Assembly: GCA_951406725.2 (NCBI GenBank)
Contig: OX597821.1
Location: 107,260,001-107,324,000, forward strand
From: Octopus vulgaris
Taxonomy: Eukaryota
Direction: 5' to 3'
DNA: 64,000 bases
In this document: positions 57,149 through 64,000 of the stretch, in pieces
How positions within the stretch are numbered: the first letter of the stretch is position 1
How the letters are laid out: each line of letters starts with the position of its first letter
The notes under the pieces: model-generated
Told to the model about the DNA's origin: nothing
Databases searched by the model: none
What the model saw: the letters and a program-made list of their open reading frames with translations, nothing else
Position numbers and translations under genes: made by a program

Positions 57149-57417
57149 TGTATGTATGTATGTATGTATATATGTATGTATGTATGTATGTATAGATATA
57201 GAGATAGATAGATATTCATATATATATATATATATATAAGTTTAACAATTAAGGATAATCTCTTAATAAGGGATCTTAACAAGAAATTATCGGGTAGCTA
57301 GCGTGAAAACCTCATAAAAGAAAAGAATCCGAAAATAATTTTTTTCTTTTGAACAAATTAATTATATCTATATTGTATAGAGGGCAATATATATCTATAT
57401 TGTATAATGCCCTCTAT

Positions 57418-57471
<54 letters not shown>

Positions 57472-57538
57472 TCTCTCTATACACATACACATGTTAGATA
57501 GATAGGTTGACAGATAAATATACATATGTATGTATATC

Positions 57539-57579
<41 letters not shown>

Positions 57580-58213
57580 GTAAACATATATACACGTATA
57601 CATACCTACACTAAACTACACATGTATACATATATGCACGTATCTGTGTATGCATGTATGTGTGTATATATGTATGTACGCATGTATGGGTGTATGCATG
57701 TACGTATATATGTAGGTACGTATGTATGTATGTATGAACGTATGTATGTATGTATGCATGTAGGTACGTATGTATGTATGTATGTATGTATGTATGTATG
57801 TATGTATGTATGTATGTATGTATGTATAGATAGCAGAAACATGGAGAAGCAATTCTTAGTTGTAATGAATTTTTTAAAAAGTTGTGGCTTCGGGTTTTGT
57901 TGTCACAAGAGTATATAATCTGATTAAATCCGAGATTATCTTAATTTATTTCCAACTCATTACGGATCTGGTTGAGGCTCTACCAACGTGATAACTTTCC
58001 AGGATGTTGTAAATATATTTGCCTTGAGCGAGGTTTTTTTTTTTCTTTTCGGTTTTTGAATTTTCTCTTTTGAATTCAGGTCGTAACATCTTGGGTCCTT
58101 GAGGCTGATAAAAGAAATAATAATTATTTTTGTTGTTGCTGTTGTTGTTATTGTTGTTATTGTGGTTGTTTTTGTTATTATTGCTGACGTCGCCATCATT
58201 ATCATCATCATCG

Positions 58214-58292
<79 letters not shown>

Positions 58293-58474
58293 AATTCAAT
58301 GATCTGCATGTATATTTCGAAGCCTCGTTGGGAACCATGGAGTGGAGTCTTGCTTTGAGGTGTATATTTCATTTATTCTGTAGAAATTTTTGAAAATTAA
58401 TTCGCATGCATAGATCAGATTCTAGATTTTTTTCTCTTCTGTAACGTAACAATAAAAAAAGAACTCGGTTCGCT

Positions 58475-58990
58475 ACATACATACATGCACACATATATAC
58501 ATACACACACATGCATACATACATACATACATACATACATACATACATACATACATACATACATACATGCATACATACATACATACATACATACATACAC
58601 ACATATATACATACATACACACATACATACATACATACATACATACATACACACAACCATACATACATACATACATACATACATACATACATACATGCAT
58701 ACATACATACATACATACATACATGCATACATACATACATGCATACATACATACATACATACATACATACATACATGCATACATACATACACACAACCAT
58801 ACATACATACATACATACATACACACATGCATACATACATACATACATACATACATACACACATATATACATACATACATACATACATACATACATGCAT
58901 ACATACATACATACATGCATACATACATACATGCATACATACATACATACATACATACATACATACATACATGCATGCATACATGTATAT
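58475..58990. repeat. (TACA)n microsatellite
   Basis: Direct observation. Confidence 0.95.
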
Positions 58991-59409
58991 ACACACATAT
59001 ATATGTATATATAGGTAGATATATATATGCATATGTACATGCATTTTCATATAAAACAGACACACTTACGTAACAAACAAAACCACACACATATATATAG
59101 GCATATATATGAATGTGGAGCTGGCAGAAACGTTAGCACGCCGGGCGAAATGCTCAGCGGTATTTCGTCTGCCGTTACGTTCTGAGTTCAAATTCCGCTG
59201 AAATCGACTTTGCCTTTCATCCTTTCGGGGTCGATTAAATAAATATTTTTTACTTTTTATTAAAATGTTATGTATTGATTAAGTCTTTCCTTGTTTGTTT
59301 TGCAAAATAGTGGTTTTGTCTCTAATTAATATATATAATATTTTACTATAAAATTGGATTTAATCCTAAATCTGATTTTTCCCTGTAAATTTGGATTTAT
59401 TCCCTAATA

Positions 59410-59495
<86 letters not shown>

Positions 59496-59586
59496 ACATA
59501 TATATACATACTTTATTTAAAAGCAGCAGAAATTTAACAAACGCTGTTACTCGGAGTTTCACGTTCCCGTTTGTCGGACAGTTTTG

Positions 59587-59639
<53 letters not shown>

Positions 59640-59901
59640 TTTATATACATATACAGTTAATTAAGAAAATGAGATGACAAAAGCATAAGCGGTTCTCTTA
59701 TGAACTTCCTTAGCTCACTACTGTTTCTGCTATCAGATGAAGAGTATTCATATTTGAGTGCCTGAGTATTACTTTATAGCTTCAACGGAGCATTGAAAGT
59801 GAGGCGCACTTTTTTAAAGAAAAGAATTACAAATGAAATCAATGCCATCCTTAATACACATCAGTGCACTCATGCACATCTAACATATACATACATACAC
59901 A

Positions 59902-59968
<67 letters not shown>

Positions 59969-60111
59969 TGAAATATATGTATATGCATGTATGTGTGTAT
60001 GTCTGTACATATAGATAGATACATACATACATACATAGATAAATAAATATGAGTGATGGGTGTACAGTGGATCCCCGTCGTTCGATAATGTGAATTCAGT
60101 TGTGTATTATT

Positions 60112-60159
<48 letters not shown>

Positions 60160-60163
<4 letters not shown>

Positions 60164-60305
60164 TCGAAAAATACCTTAGGAATGAGAACCCAGGTTCGAA
60201 ATTTCCCCAAGAGACCTAATGAAGGCTGGAGGGTATATCAGCCGAAACGTTGTGTTAACAACAAACATGATGACAAATATCCGTTGAATGTAAATAATGT
60301 AAATT
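60160..60305 (+). mobile_element. Short PLE-terminus-like repeat with decayed hammerhead after (TAA)n
   Basis: CTAATGA-aGGCTG(gagggtatat)CAGCC-GAAACGTT at 60216-60251. Confidence 0.5.
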
Positions 60306-61384
60306 CCGTTTCCCTACAACAATTTGAGGGTCAAGTCAGGAATTTAGAGAACGACGTTCATCCTTTTTCCAAGACGCCATACACTAACAAACTCTTTAAA
60401 TGTACGTCTACATGCGCGCGCGCACACACACACACACATACACACGCACGCAAGCACACTTATGCGCGCACACACACGTACGCAAATTCTTTTCATAGAT
60501 AAGATTATTTGAAAATTACGAATAGTAAGTAAATCTTGTAACATTGAGTTTGAGCGTAAAGCAGCGAGCTGGTAGAATCGTAACTGCTCTTGGGTAAATG
60601 TTCTTGGCATTTCGCCAGGCTTTGCGTTCTGACTTCAAATTTCACGGGAGTCGTCTTTACCTTTCTTCTTCGCAGGGGGGTCGATAAATTAAGCACCGAT
60701 TGAACACTGGGGTCAATATAATAGACCCAAACCCTCTTACGAAATCATTTCCCTTGAGCCAAGATTTAAACCGATATTTTATATAGCGGTAGTCCTTAAA
60801 CTATTCTCCATTTTCTGTTTTTTCTTTACTTCAAATTTATATTCTTATGCGATGTAGCCATCTTTCATGAATGAAAGAATGAATATACTTTAAAAAAAAA
60901 CAGGGAAAATAAATTTCAAAGAGAGAAATATCATGTTTAAATGTAGGAAATTGATTAAGATAAATAGATTTTTACTAAATAAAAAAAAAGAAAGAAAATC
61001 AAATAAGGATTGCAAAATGTTTATTTTCAAAAATAATATATAACCATAAAATTAAAATCGTTATATATTTCTATAGATCATATATTATCACGAAAAAGTA
61101 TTAAGAAAAATGTGTGGAAAAAGTAATCCATTTTTGCAAAACTTCTTTGTTCATAGAAAAAGCAACAAGTAAAAGCTAACTGAAGTTCGCAGCAATGTTT
61201 TTTAACAAAATATATCGAGGCAACATACTTCTCTCTTTACATTCTTGCTATGGCGGTCTTAGTCGGTGAGCTGGCAGAACCGTTAGCACGCCGCACAAAA
61301 CGCTTGGCGGCGTTTCGTCCGCCTGCACGTTCTGAGTTCAAATTCCGCTGGGATCGACTTTGCCTTTCATCCTTTCATCCTTAA

Positions 61385-61385
61385 C

Positions 61386-61441
<56 letters not shown>

Positions 61442-61455
61442 TAATAATAATAATG

Positions 61456-61527
<72 letters not shown>

Positions 61528-61528
61528 G

Positions 61529-61576
<48 letters not shown>

Positions 61577-61585
61577 TGATGATGA

Positions 61586-61647
<62 letters not shown>

Positions 61648-61650
61648 GTG

Positions 61651-61719
<69 letters not shown>

Positions 61720-61720
61720 G

Positions 61721-61759
<39 letters not shown>

Positions 61760-61820
61760 TGATGATGATGATGATGATGAGAATAATAATAATAATAATA
61801 ATAATAAGGAGGAGGAGGAG

Positions 61821-61911
<91 letters not shown>

Positions 61912-61924
61912 GGTGGTAGTAGTA

Positions 61925-61962
<38 letters not shown>

Positions 61963-61980
61963 TGTAGTAGTAGTAGTAGT
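61385..61980. repeat. Compound (ATA)n-(ATG)n-(AGG)n-(AGT)n trinucleotide microsatellite
   Basis: Direct observation. Confidence 0.95.
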
Positions 61981-62495
61981 GTTGATGTTGTAATGATGCC
62001 GTGTATACTAAGTCACAGCGATATATCAAACTGTATTGATTCCGCTGGGATCATTAAAATAGTTGCATAACTAACAAAGGTAATTACTGGAAGCACAGTT
62101 TTGCATCTCAGTGACTTTCGAAATATTAATCAATAGAACTCCATTATTATATATCTCCCGCCCGATTTATGTCTCTGGGGGGTCCTCGACAACAGGATAC
62201 TGAATTCTTTACTTTAAAATATATTAATCAAGAGAAAATCGAAAGAAGAAAACTCTAAGGGTTACCTGAAGAATTTTATTGGAATTTCTTCATTTGAACC
62301 GAACATAATTTAATGCTTCAGGCTCTGTTTTGGACGTCATGATTCTTGCAGTGTTATATATTTCACTTGTAAAATTCGGTTAAGTCGCTTTTACTTCAGT
62401 TTGGCTTTGATATTCTGTTTTCGCCCGGTGTACTTGTAAGTTTGTGAGCATATATGTGCGTGTGTATTCACACACACACATATATACATACATAG

Positions 62496-62582
<87 letters not shown>

Positions 62583-62654
62583 GATACATATACATACAGA
62601 TAGATAGATAGATAGATGTATATCTATCTGAGTGTCTATCTATCTATCAATCTA

Positions 62655-62696
<42 letters not shown>

Positions 62697-62878
62697 AAGC
62701 TTTATGAAAATAGACAAAAGACGAAGGCAGGTGGAAAACAAACAAACAATTGTATTAGTATGGCGCTCAGGAAATATAAATAAAACAAGTCTTTAACGTT
62801 TCGAGCCTACGCTCTTCAACAGAAAGATACACAGAGAAAAAAAACACAGAAAGAAGGAGAGAAAAAAATATGCGTATA

Positions 62879-62921
<43 letters not shown>

Positions 62922-63056
62922 ACAAATGAGAGCGTGAAACTCTGAGTAACAGTTTTGTGATAATTTTGCAACTTTAACAAAAGCATATTACTCTACATTT
63001 GGTATTCGAGTACTATCTTTTCCACTTAGTTTTGCACTTATGTGCTCACCTGTATG

Positions 63057-63123
<67 letters not shown>

Positions 63124-63302
63124 CGAGAGAGAGAGAGAGAGAGAGAAAGGAGATAAGCTTCTTTTGGCGTGTGTGTGTACATAGATCGGTTAGATCTACA
63201 TATACATACGGGTATTTCGGGGTCGCTGAAAAGATGTACTAGTTACTCATTAAGGTCGCTTCCTCTCTCAAAATTTTAGACCCTGTGCCTATTTTACAAA
63301 GA

Positions 63303-63361
63303 ATTATTATTATTATTATTATTATTATTAGTTTTAGTAGTAGTAGTAGTAGTAGTAGTAG

Positions 63362-63414
<53 letters not shown>

Positions 63415-63485
63415 GGTGGTGGTGGTGGTGGTGGTGGTGGGGGTGGTGGTGGTGGTGGTGGTGGTGGTGGTGTTGTGGTGGTGTT
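63303..63485. repeat. Compound (ATT)n-(AGT)n-(TGT)n-(TGG)n microsatellite
   Basis: Direct observation. Confidence 0.95.
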
Positions 63486-64000
63486 GTAAGGCGGTGATCT
63501 GTCAGTATCCTTAACATGACGGCCAAATTGCTTGGCGGCATTTCGAACGTCTTCCCGTTCTGCGTTCAAATGTCACCGATGTCGACTTTGCCTTTCATCA
63601 ATTTGGGTTCGATAAAAAAGTGCCAGTTGGATACTGGGTTCGCTATAATCGACTTACGCCCCTCTCCGAAATTGATGGCTTTATGCCAAAATTTGAAATC
63701 AATATTTCTCGTAGTAGGCCACAGTAAAAAATTGCGATAAGTTATAAACATCTGGAAATAATTATGATAATCCTTTCGGTAGAATTCATTTCTTTATGCA
63801 GTTAATAACGTTTTCGTATTTCATTAGAATGTGGCAGAGTCATGGAACTTGTGATTCTTGACTATGTTTAGAAATGTCCAAATACGTAGATTATTTTATA
63901 TCTGTGTTGAGAATAGACAAATGCACACAACTGCGCAATCACACGCTTGCACACAAATGTACACAAATAGACACAAATGCACAAATGCACACCTAAATTC

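Noticed and set aside
58369-59090. Long ORFs of YI/MYVC/HTYI/poly-I/poly-L type here and throughout the window
   Set aside because: Translations of microsatellites that lack stop codons.

Overview
AT-rich, microsatellite- and SINE-saturated animal DNA. The repeat families look like those of Octopus (inference from recognition, no search run). One host gene can be reconstructed by eye, on the + strand: a gustatory-receptor-like (GRL / 7tm_7-type, 7TM ion channel superfamily) locus. Three tandem, near-identical but distinct long exons (1699-2697, 7795-8790, 14793-15791) each encode TM1-TM6, sit in a ~6.1-7.0 kb tandem unit and end in the same phase-0 AAG|GTAAGT donor. They are followed by one set of three short phase-0 exons (20932-21000, 22556-22645, 23987-24133) encoding IC3 and the TM7 region with an SYAILAYQT variant of the TYhhhhhQF signature. 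This variable-exon/constant-exon layout resembles the alternatively spliced insect Gr39a/Gr28b loci, and differences between the variable exons are mostly amino-acid-changing. The rest is transposon debris: Penelope-like fragments with palindromes and minimal hammerhead-like motifs, Gypsy, R4/Dong-like, CR1/L2-like and mariner relics, MITEs, tRNA-derived SINEs and long microsatellites. The microsatellites explain nearly all other ORFs in the track. Repeat boundaries are approximate.
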